64,000 nucleotides of DNA from a candidate division FCPU426 bacterium (GTDB lineage Bacteria > Oederibacteriota > Muellerivitia > Muellerivitales > Muellerivitaceae), in the NCBI GenBank assembly GCA_963830915.1, contig CAWHOE010000046.1:85358-149357 (forward strand), given 5' to 3'. Position 1 is the first letter of the stretch. Each line of letters begins with the position of its first letter. Below, in pieces: positions 29,913 through 39,900 of the stretch. The notes under the pieces were generated by a model. The model saw only the letters and a list, made by a program, of their open reading frames with translations. It had not been told where the DNA came from and searched no databases. Position numbers and translations under genes: made by a program.

Positions 29913-31376
29913 ATGAGGAAAATTTCCCAGGTCCTTCTCGCGGCTTTCCTGATCTTCTTTTTCGAGTACAACCCCCGTGTCCATAACGGTCAGGAAAACC
30001 TGGCCTACGACCAGTTCGAGTCCGCCAAAGCCGACTTCAACAAACAGGACTACTACGCCGCCGCCCGCATGGCCCACCTGGCCAGCCTCAACCGCCCCGA
30101 TTCGGCTGGCCCCTGGGTGCTTACCGGCCACTGCTTTTACCTGCTAGGCCAGGACCAGGCCGCGCTCTTCCATTATTCCACCGCCCTTCAGATGGACCCC
30201 AAGATCGGCAACCTGCCTCCCTTCCTCGACCGTTTAAGACAAGGCGCGACCCAGCCCCAGGCCATCGCCAAGGCCGACTCAAGGGTCCTGCGACTGCTCC
30301 ATAAAAAGATCGGGCAGATGATCATGGTCAGCGTCCCCGGCGTGGCCCTGTCCGGCCAAAAGAAAACCTTCCTGAACGCGGGGTGGATCGGCGGGGTCAT
30401 CCTTTTCGGGCAGAACGTGAAATCCCGGGCGCAGATCACCCAGTACATCACCGATATCCAGCGCAACTCGCCCACGCCCCTTTTCATCGCCGTCGACCAG
30501 GAAGGCGGCGCGGTGCGCCGGTTCCGCGAGGCCCAGGGGTTCCAATGCCTTCCCTCTCAGGCCGCCCTGGGGCAGACCCAGAACGCCGACCTGGCCTATC
30601 GTTTCGGCTTGCTCAGCGGGATGCAGTTGAAGGAAGTGGGGGCCAACCTGAACCTGGCGCCGGTGGTGGATATTGACCGGGGCATCCCTGATTCCATCAT
30701 CACCCGCTACCGCCGCTCCCTTGGGTCCGACCCGCAGATGGTGTCCGACCTGGCCTTCCAGATCATCCGGGGCATGAAGGCCCAGAACATCCTGGCCACC
30801 GCCAAGCATTTCCCCACCCAATCGGTCCAGACCGCCAACCCCCACGACAACATGGCCATCACCAACATCCCCCTGCTGGAGATGGAGCAAAAGGACCTGG
30901 TCCCCTACCGGAAGCTCATCGAGCAGAACCTGCTGGACGCCATCATGCTGTCCCATGTTATCTATAAGAACATCGACCCCGACCATCCGGCGTCCCTTTC
31001 CCACGAGATGATCCAAACCCTGCTTCGCAAGAAGATGGGTTTCCAGGGGCTGGTGATCTCGGACGACCTGAGGATGGACGCCATCAAACAGCGCTACCCC
31101 CTGGACGTCTCGGTGGTCCAGGCGGTGAACGCGGGCGTGGATATATTGCTGGTCACGGATAACATGGAAAAACGGGTGATGGACGCCCTGGTGAAAGCGG
31201 TCCAAACGGGCCAGGTGTCGATGAAGACCATCAATGAGTCCTACCAGCGCATCATGGCCATGAAGAAGAAATACGGGATCCTGACCCCGGCCCCCGGTAC
31301 CGCCGCGGCCCAGGCCCCGCCCAGCCAACCGGCCCCGAACCGGTATGTCATGCGCCCGGCGGTAGCACAACCCTAG
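29913..31376 (+). CDS. GH3 beta-N-acetylhexosaminidase-like (NagZ-like) protein with N-terminal TPR
   Basis: KIGQMIM, IGGVILF, IAVDQEGG.V.R, NLAPVVD, AKHFP, PASLS, ISDDLRM, AGVDILL; N-terminal TPR-like helices. Confidence 0.88.
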   Translation: MRKISQVLLAAFLIFFFEYNPRVHNGQENLAYDQFESAKADFNKQDYYAAARMAHLASLNRPDSAGPWVLTGHCFYLLGQDQAALFHYSTALQMDPKIGNLPPFLDRLRQGATQPQAIAKADSRVLRLLHKKIGQMIMVSVPGVALSGQKKTFLNAGWIGGVILFGQNVKSRAQITQYITDIQRNSPTPLFIAVDQEGGAVRRFREAQGFQCLPSQAALGQTQNADLAYRFGLLSGMQLKEVGANLNLAPVVDIDRGIPDSIITRYRRSLGSDPQMVSDLAFQIIRGMKAQNILATAKHFPTQSVQTANPHDNMAITNIPLLEMEQKDLVPYRKLIEQNLLDAIMLSHVIYKNIDPDHPASLSHEMIQTLLRKKMGFQGLVISDDLRMDAIKQRYPLDVSVVQAVNAGVDILLVTDNMEKRVMDALVKAVQTGQVSMKTINESYQRIMAMKKKYGILTPAPGTAAAQAPPSQPAPNRYVMRPAVAQP

Positions 31377-31546
31377 GATTTATTGCCCGCCACCAGGTTG
31401 CCCAGCCGTATCCCTTCAGAGGAAAACAGATACCCAATACAGCCACAACCGGCATATCCCCCTTTGACTACCGGCACTTATGTTGAGGCTTCAAGCCGAA
31501 ACATAGGATTTAGTTGTACCGGGCCATTGGATATCAGGGCCCGGTG

Positions 31547-31941
31547 CTTTTGGAGCTTTCCACCGGCATTCCCGCCGGCATTTTGGCCTTCCACAGGCAC
31601 GTTCACCGGCATTCCCACCGGCATTTGGGGCTTCCGCCGGCACGTCCACCGGCATTCCCACCGACATTTTGGGCTTCCGCCGGTACGTCCACCGACATTC
31701 CCACCGACATTTTGGGCTTCCGCCGGCACGTCCACCGACATTCCCACCGACATTTTGGGCTTCCGCCGGCACGTCCACCGACATTCCCACCGACATTTTG
31801 GGCTTCCGCCGGCACGTCCACCGACATTCCCACCGACATTTTGGGCTTCCGCCGGCACGTCCACCGACATTCCCACCGACATTTTGGGCTTCCGCCGGCA
31901 CGTCCACCGACATTCCCACCGGCATTTTGGGCTTCCGCCGG
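31547..31941. repeat. 43-bp tandem repeat array (about 8 full and 2 partial units), non-coding
   Basis: Unit CATTTTGGGCTTCCGCCGGCACGTCCACCGACATTCCCACCGA starts at 31579, 31622, 31665, 31708, 31751, 31794, 31837, 31880 and 31923 (partial). Confidence 0.95.
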
Positions 31942-32076
31942 GCGCCCTAAATTATTTAAATTTTCTGTTTTTGTTTTTGAACAATTCAAAAACACAAAGG
32001 ATTAAGACAAATTTAAGGTTTGAATCGGTCGGCATTCATCTGAGTTAGATGGGTTTTGCAAACTACTAGAATGTTG

Positions 32077-33918
32077 TCAGGGTTTGATTACGTTATCATC
32101 ATCCGGATTTTGGACCAGGAATTGAAGTTCCGCCTCATTCGAGCGCTTCAACCAATGGCCGCTCGAGTCCCGGGGAACGATGATGAAATAATAATGGTTG
32201 CGGTCGCCAGCGATCCTCATCAGGAGGTTCGTATCCGTTTTGTTGATGTCCTGATAGAACTCGTAAACCCCATCGGATTCACGGCTAAATAGAAGGGTGT
32301 ATCCAACAGCGTCCGGATCGGAATCCCAATCCACATAGACCTTCCGGTCCGTCTGTGGGCTGACGTTCAATTTCAACGAGGGTTTTTCGAACAAGGCGTC
32401 CAACTGCCTGGTGGAAGGATACCAAAGGTAGGTTCCCAAGACCTTTTCCTTACCATCACGGTTGACCGATGTGGCTAGCCATTCCCACCCCTGCAGACCC
32501 GAAGTATCCGTGACCCAAACCTTGTTCGAATGTTTCGGTTCCAGGGTCGCCTTCTCAACCCTTCCATTGGGGGATTTGCGGTAAAGGTTGTAACCGACCG
32601 TATCAGGATCATCGGTTTCCGGCCAGGACAATTGCAGTCCTACCGTGTCGACTTTACCCGTCACCCCATGGGGGACGGACATGTCCGTCACATTTGATTT
32701 GGTGTTGTAAATGTTTTGGACACTCTCGTCCACACTTTCTGTCACCAGGTAATCCGGTTTGGACGGAAAACTACGTCCTCCCCCGATGCCGATGGCTCGG
32801 ACCGATATTTTGTAGAGGGTTTCTTGATCATACCCCTTGAAATAGTAGATGGGATTCACGACCGGAGGGGAAACAATGGCGGGACGCCCATCGAGTGGCT
32901 GGATGATGACCTCATAGGCTTGGACCGGTCCCCTGGACTTTTCCCATCTTATCTCCAGGGCCTGCGGCGTTTGGACGGTAGAGACATATTTGGGGGAATT
33001 CGGTTCTCCGCCCGACATCCAAGGGCCATCCCAACGGACTATCCCTGAGAAGCGATGGACCGAGCCAAGTAAATTATAGGGTTCGAAGGCATAATCCAAT
33101 TGAACAAAGGAAACCTGTACGCCAGCCCCGCAGGAGAAACCCTCATCATCCGAGTTGGTCAAATAACCGGCCCGTAAGGCGAACTCATTTCGGAACCAAT
33201 ATTCAGCGCCGAAACCAGCCCGCTCAGTATTGGTAATGACGTTGTAATTGACATCAGCCGCGATGTTCAATGTATGCATGGGCAATTCAACCGCGGTCCA
33301 GGCCAAACCCACGTTAATGGCGGTCGGAAGAGGCTCGGAGCTGGCCATTTTGATCCCAGGACCTATATTCATGCCCGAGGCGGCCAAAGTGAAGGTAGGA
33401 AGGATACGGTAACGAAGACCCACATCGAAACCCAAACCGCTTCCCTGGACCGTATCGATCTTTCGCGAGATATATTTCACCGCCGCGCCCACATGCAGAT
33501 CGTAGAAGGACTTTCCCCAACCCCCGATAAGCGCCATATCCTGAACGGAAGAGGACTCGGCGGAAGAATTAGCCGTGCTATTGAAAGGCGCCGTTCCCAT
33601 CCCCAGATAGCCCAAACCCAAAACTCCCATATCGCCGACCGGAAGGGCCATCCCAATGAAGTCATAACCAATATCAGCGATGAAGCTCTCGTGTCCATAG
33701 CCGATCTCCGGCATGCGGATGTTCGCCAGACCGGCCGGATTGAACGAAAGCGTGTTGATATCGTCCGCGACCGCGCTGAAAGCCTGACCCATCCCATCCG
33801 GTCTCGCTCCCGTGGTCATCAATAAGAAATCAGCCCCGGTCGTCAGAGGCGTGGCAAGGACATGGCTGGTTCCGGTCGTCAAAAGGATCAAGAACAGAAG
33901 GATCGCGCGCTTGTTCAT
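32077..33918 (-). CDS. PorV/PorQ (UPF0164)-like outer-membrane beta-barrel fused to FN3-like domains
   Basis: Signal peptide; FLLMTTGARPDGMGQAFSAVADDINTLSFNPAGL N-terminal signature; barrel ends QLDYAF...GSVHRFS; then three FN3-like units (LEIRW..YEV, LQLSW..GYNLYR, VYVDW..GYTL). Confidence 0.82.
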   Translation of the reverse strand: MNKRAILLFLILLTTGTSHVLATPLTTGADFLLMTTGARPDGMGQAFSAVADDINTLSFNPAGLANIRMPEIGYGHESFIADIGYDFIGMALPVGDMGVLGLGYLGMGTAPFNSTANSSAESSSVQDMALIGGWGKSFYDLHVGAAVKYISRKIDTVQGSGLGFDVGLRYRILPTFTLAASGMNIGPGIKMASSEPLPTAINVGLAWTAVELPMHTLNIAADVNYNVITNTERAGFGAEYWFRNEFALRAGYLTNSDDEGFSCGAGVQVSFVQLDYAFEPYNLLGSVHRFSGIVRWDGPWMSGGEPNSPKYVSTVQTPQALEIRWEKSRGPVQAYEVIIQPLDGRPAIVSPPVVNPIYYFKGYDQETLYKISVRAIGIGGGRSFPSKPDYLVTESVDESVQNIYNTKSNVTDMSVPHGVTGKVDTVGLQLSWPETDDPDTVGYNLYRKSPNGRVEKATLEPKHSNKVWVTDTSGLQGWEWLATSVNRDGKEKVLGTYLWYPSTRQLDALFEKPSLKLNVSPQTDRKVYVDWDSDPDAVGYTLLFSRESDGVYEFYQDINKTDTNLLMRIAGDRNHYYFIIVPRDSSGHWLKRSNEAELQFLVQNPDDDNVIKP

Positions 33919-36900
33919 TCTTTCACCACCGATACTTTCTTGAACTCAACCCTTTTCGGTTCTATGACAGCGACAATGTAAAGACCCGAATAGACCGACT
34001 CCCCATTGTCATCCTTACCATCCCAATAAACCGTATAGGAACCGGCAGGCAGGGTTAGGTCGGATAGATGGCGGATCGTGGTGCCTCGAACGTTGTAGAC
34101 CCTTATCTGGACATCCCCTCCCTCGATGTCCCAGTAATCGATCCTCAAAGGCGGATCAGTGACCGAATTGAACCTATTTGAACCAAGGGCCAGGGATATG
34201 GCGACGGTCGGGGTCGCGGTGAAGGTATAGGTGGCTGTGTAATTGGGCGTGGCCGTATTGGTCGCGGTTGTTGTGTTGGTGGGCGACAAGGTCGGCGTCC
34301 TCGTGTAGGTAAAGGTCGGAGTGAATGTCAGTGTGGGGCTGTTACTGGCCGTCGCCGAATTGGTGGGCGTGAAGGTGTTGGTTACCGTACATGTGTTGGT
34401 CGGGGTAAAGGTGCAAGTGGTCGTGGCCGTGTTGGTGGTCGTGTCAGTGGATGTATTGGTCGCGGTATTGGTCGCGGTATTCGTCGGGGTATTGGTCATT
34501 GTGTTGGTCGACGTGTTCGTGGGCGTGTCGGTATTGGTGATGGTAGCCGTATTGGTCGGAGTGTTCGTGGGCGTCGAGGTGGCCGTATTGGTGGCCGTAT
34601 CGGTCACCGTATTCGTTGCCGTAGTGGTAGCCGTATTGGTGGGTGTATCGGTCGTTGTATTCGTGGAAGTATCGGTGACCGTATTGGTCGGGGTGTTGGT
34701 AGCCGTATCGGTGCCGGTATTGGTCGCGGTGTCAGTAGAAGTGACCGTCGTGGTGTTGGTCGCTGTATTGGTCGGCGTATTGGTAGCCGTATCCGTCGTG
34801 GTGTTCGTCGCGGAATTAGTAGGCGTGTTGGTGGCCGTATTGGTGGGCGTGTCGGTATTGATATTGGTCCAGGTGTTGGTCGCCGTATTCGTCGGAGTGT
34901 TGGTAAAGGTACTGGTCGCGGTATCGGTCGTCGTATTGGTAACGGTATTAGTTACCGTATTGGTCGCTGTATCTGTCGGAGTGTTCGTCACCGTGTTAGT
35001 GGCCGTATCCGTCGTTGTGTTGGTAACCGTGTTCGTCGCGGTATTCGTAGCCGTATCAGTACCTGTATTCGTCGAAGTCGCCGTGGCCGTGTTGGTTGGC
35101 GTATCCGTCGAGATTCCAGTTGCTGTATTGGTAGCCGTATCCGTCGGAGTGTTCGTCACCGTGTTAGTGGCAGTATCCGTCGTTGTGTTGGTGACCGTGT
35201 TCGTAGCGGTATTGGTAGCCGTATCAGTACCCGTATTCGTCGATGTCGCCGTGGCCGTGTTGGTCGGCGTATCCGTTGAGATTCCAGTTGCTGTATTGGT
35301 AGCCGAATCCGTCGGAGTGTTCGTCACCGTGTTAGTGGCGGTAGCTGTCGTTGTGTTGGTGACCGTGTTCGTCGCGGTGTTAGTAGCTGTATCAGTGCCA
35401 GTGTTCGTCGAAGTCGACGTGGCTGTGTTGGTCGGTGTATCCGTCGAGATTCCAGTTGCTGTATTGGTAGCCGTATCCGTCGGAGTGTTCGTCACCGTGT
35501 TAGTGGCGGTATCCGTCGTCGTATTCGTTACCGTGTTCGTAGCGGTATTCGTAGCCGTATCAGTACCCGTATTTGTCGATGTCGCCGTGGCAGTGTTGGT
35601 CGGCGTATCTGTCGAAACGCCAGTCGCGGTGTTTGTAGCCGTATTCGTTGGTGTGCCGGTCGATGTGCTGGTAGCCGTATCCGTCGTTGTATTCGTGACC
35701 GTGTTCGTCGCGGTGTTAGTAGCTGTATCAGTGCCAGTGTTCGTTGAAGTCGCCGTGGCAGTGTTGGTCGGCGTATCTGTTGAGATTCCAGTCGCTGTAT
35801 TGGTAGCCGTATCCGTCGGTGTGTTGGTCAATGTGTTAGTGGCGGTATCCGTCGTGGTATTCGTTACCGTGTTAGTTGCGGTATTCGTAGCCGTATCAGT
35901 ACCCGTATTCGTCGATGTCGCCGTGGCCGTGTTGGTTGGCGTATCCGTCGAAACGCCAGTTGCGGTGTTTGTGGCTGTATTCGTTGGTGTATTCGTAAAT
36001 GTGCTGGTAGCTGTATCGGTCGTCGTATTCGTTACCGTGTTCGTCGCTGTATTTGTGGCCGTATCAGTACCTGTGTTCGTCGAAGTCGACGTGGCTGTGT
36101 TGGTCGGTGTATCCGTTGAGATTCCAGTCGCTGTATTGGTAGCCGTATCCGTCGGAGTGTTCGTCACCGTGTTAGTGGCGGTATTCGTAGCCGTATCAGT
36201 ACCCGTATTTGTCGATGTCGCCGTGGCAGTGTTGGTCGGCGTATCTGTCGAAACGCCAGTCGCGGTGTTTGTAGCCGTATTCGTTGGTGTGCCGGTCGAT
36301 GTGCTGGTAGCCGTATCCGTCGTTGTATTCGTGACCGTGTTCGTCGCGGTGTTAGTAGCTGTATCAGTGCCAGTGTTCGTTGAAGTCGCCGTGGCAGTGT
36401 TGGTCGGCGTATCTGTTGAGATTCCAGTCGCTGTATTGGTAGCCGTATCCGTCGGTGTGTTGGTCAATGTGTTAGTGGCGGTATCCGTCGTGGTATTCGT
36501 TACCGTGTTAGTTGCGGTATTCGTAGCCGTATCAGTACCCGTATTCGTCGATGTCGCCGTGGCCGTGTTGGTTGGCGTATCCGTCGAAACGCCAGTTGCG
36601 GTGTTTGTGGCTGTATTCGTTGGTGTATTCGTAAATGTGCTGGTAGCTGTATCGGTCGTCGTATTCGTTACCGTGTTCGTCGCTGTATTTGTGGCCGTAT
36701 CAGTACCTGTGTTCGTCGAAGTCGACGTGGCTGTGTTGGTCGGTGTATCCGTTGAGATTCCAGTCGCTGTATTGGTAGCCGTATCCGTCGGAGTGTTCGT
36801 CACCGTGTTAGTGGCGGTATTCGTAGCCGTATCAGTACCCGTATTTGTCGATGTCGCCGTGGCAGTGTTGGTCGGCGTATCTGTCGAAACGCCAGTCGCG

Positions 36901-39900
36901 GTGTTTGTAGCCGTATTCGTTGGTGTGCCGGTCGATGTGCTGGTAGCCGTGTCCGTCGTAGTATTCGTGGCAGAATTGGTCGCCGTGTTAGTGGCCGTAT
37001 CAGTACCCGTATTTGTCGATGTCGCCGTGGCCGTGTTAGTCGGTGTATCCGTTGAGATTCCAGTTGCTGTATTGGTTGGCGTATCCGTCGGAGTGTTGGT
37101 CATTGTGTTAGTGGCCGTATCGGTCGTTGTATTCGTTACCGTATTTGTCGCGGTGTTGGTAGCCGTATCAGTACCAGTGTTCGTTGAAGTCGCCGTGGCC
37201 GTGTTGGTCGGCGTATCCGTCGAGATTCCAGTTGCTGTATTGGTAGCCGTATCCGTCGGTGTGTTGGTCAATGTGTTAGTGGCGGTATCCGTCGTGGTAT
37301 TCGTTACCGTGTCAGTTGCGGTATTCGTAGCCGTATCAGTACCCGTATTCGTCGATGTCGCCGTGGCAGTGTTGGTCGGCGTATCTGTTGAAATTACTGT
37401 CGCTGTATTGGTCGGCGTATCCGTAATGGTCGAGGTCGCTGTATCCGTACCCGTGTTTGTAACGGTATTGGTGGATGTATTCGTCGCAGTATTCGTCGCC
37501 GTGTCAGCCGAAGTATTGGTTGAGGTGGCTGTAGCCGTATTGGTCGGCGTATCCGTAATGGTCGAGGTCGCAGTATCTGTTCCTGTATTTGTAACTGTGT
37601 TAGTAGAAGTATTCGTCGCAGTATTCGTTGCCGTGTCAGCCGGGGTATTGGTTGATGTCGCCGTAGCCGTATTGGTTGGCGTATCCGTAATGGTCGAGGT
37701 CGCCGTATCCGTACCCGTGTTTGTGGCGGTATCGGTGGATGTATTCGTCGCAGTATTCGTCGCCGTGTCAACCGGGGTATTGGTTGATGTCGCCGTAGCC
37801 GTATTGGTTGGCGTATCCGTAATGGTCGAGGTCGCCGTATCCGTACCCGTGTTTGTAACGGTATTGGTGGATGTATTCGTCGCCGTATTAGTCGCCGTGT
37901 CAGCCGGGGTATTGGTCGATGTCGCCGTAGCTGTATTGGTTGGCGTATCCGTAATGGTCGAGGTCGCCGTATCCGTACCCGTGTTCGTCGCTGAGTTGGT
38001 GGCCGTAGTGGTCGCCGTATCGGTAGTCGTATTGGTGACTGTATTGGTCACTGTATTGGTCGCGGTATCCGCAGCGGTATTCGTCGAGGTGAGCGTGGCT
38101 GTGTTGGTCGGTGTATCAGTAATAGTCGAAGTAGCCGTGTCCGTCCCCGTATTGGTCGCTGAATTGGTGGCCGTATTGGTCGCGGTATTGGTGGCCGTAT
38201 CCGCAGCGGTATTTGTCGAAGTGAGCGTGGCTGTGTTGGTTGGGGTATCGGTAATGGTAGCGGTAGCCGTGTCCGTGCCCGTATTCGTTGCTGAATTGGT
38301 GGCCGTATTGGTCGCGGTATTGGTGGCGGTATCCGCAGCGGTATTTGTCGAAGTGAGCGTGGCTGTGTTGGTTGGGGTATCGGTAATAGTGGCGGTAGCC
38401 GTGTCCGTCCCCGTATTCGTCGCCGAGTTGGTGGCAGTATTGGTCACGGTATTGGTCGCCGTATCCGCAACGGTATTTGTCGAAGTGAGCGTGGCTGTGT
38501 TGGTTGGGGTATCGGTAATAGTGGCGGTAGCCGTGTCCGTACCCGTATTCGTCGCTGAGTTGGTGGCCGTATTGGTAGCCGAGGAAGTTGGTGTATCGGT
38601 GGCCGTGTCAGTTCCTGTCGAGGTGACGGTTTGAGTATCCGTGTTAGTTGGGGTTTCGGTTGCCGAATTGGTTGGGCTATCGGTAGGGGTATTGGTCAGG
38701 GTAATGGTCGCCGTATCTGTAGGTGTTAAAGTGGGCGTTGGTGTCGCGGTATCGGTGGGGGAATTTGTTCCCGTATTAGTCGTTGTATTAGTAGGTGTAT
38801 CAGTAAATGACGTAGTTGTAGTATTGGTCGCCGTATCGGTAGAGGTGAAAGTCCCGGTCTGGGTTTCGGTGAAAGTCGCCGTGGAAGTAGTCGTATTCGT
38901 TGCTGTCAGGGTTGGCGTTAAGGTAGGTGTGGGAGTCGCCAAAACCACCGTGATATTCGCTCCTGTCAGAGGGAAAGTCCCTGACACAACGATCGGTTTT
39001 TCTAAAGTGGTATCGGTCCCAACGATCTTGATCGATGAAGCAATTTGACTTCCATAGGTTCCCGTCGCGGCATTGCCGGCGAAATCATAAGAAATCAAAT
39101 AATCCTGGGTAACTCCGGCACCCAAGCTATCCAAGGGGAATCCCCCCAACGTAGCCGCGTGGCTAGAGGCGGAATAACGTGACTCAGTAAGCCAATTGAC
39201 ACTTCCATCCACTACCCCAGCGTGATCATCATCTTGCCATAAAGAAGCCGTAACCCCCTGATCGTTCCCCGAGGAATTCAGAATGATGTAGCTGATATCA
39301 ATCGTGTCCACCCCAGGGTTACCGATCTGGAAATGCATCACAGGTACATCAACCGTCCCGGCAATAACAGAGGTATCTGCCGGGGTGAGGGTGGAAATCG
39401 CCACGAACAGCGTAGGCAGGGTCGCGGTGGAAGTGGCAGTGGCCGTAAATGTCTGGGTCGGGGTGTTGGTGGGTGTGAATGTTATGGTCGGAGTGTCGGT
39501 CGTGGTCGGTGTGTAGGTTGGTGTTGGGGTCGCGATCGTGATCGTCGCCCCGTTCAGCGGAAAAAGTCCATTCACTTGTATGGCCGTTCCAGTCGAATCA
39601 CCCGCACCAGTCACTTGAATAGCGGCCAAGATAGCAGTCGTATAAGCTCCTGGCGGAGCGGTCGATGAAAAATCATAGGAAACGACATAATCTTCGCTTG
39701 TGCCTTGCGCGATGGTATCGAGGGGATACCCGGGATCTGAAAAAACAACCGAACCTCCGGTGGCTACGTGATACTTTCCCCCAGCCAGCCAATTGACGCT
39801 CCCATCCACCACTCCAGCTTGATCCACATCCTGATAAAGATCCACTTCAGAGATCTTAGTGTCATTTCCCGTTTCAGTCGCCGGAGCGGAAACCGTGATG

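Noticed and set aside
31547..31941. CRISPR array
   Set aside because: Units are contiguous and near-identical with no unique spacers; no cas genes in the window.
31383..32048. Several overlapping ORFs on both strands across the 43-bp array
   Set aside because: The stop-free repeat opens all frames; the 43-nt period cycles through frames, and there is no RBS or protein-like composition.
34321..38634. 1437-aa Val-rich plus-strand ORF (also 21436-22107 and 38641-39048)
   Set aside because: Antisense shadow of Thr (ACN) codon repeats.
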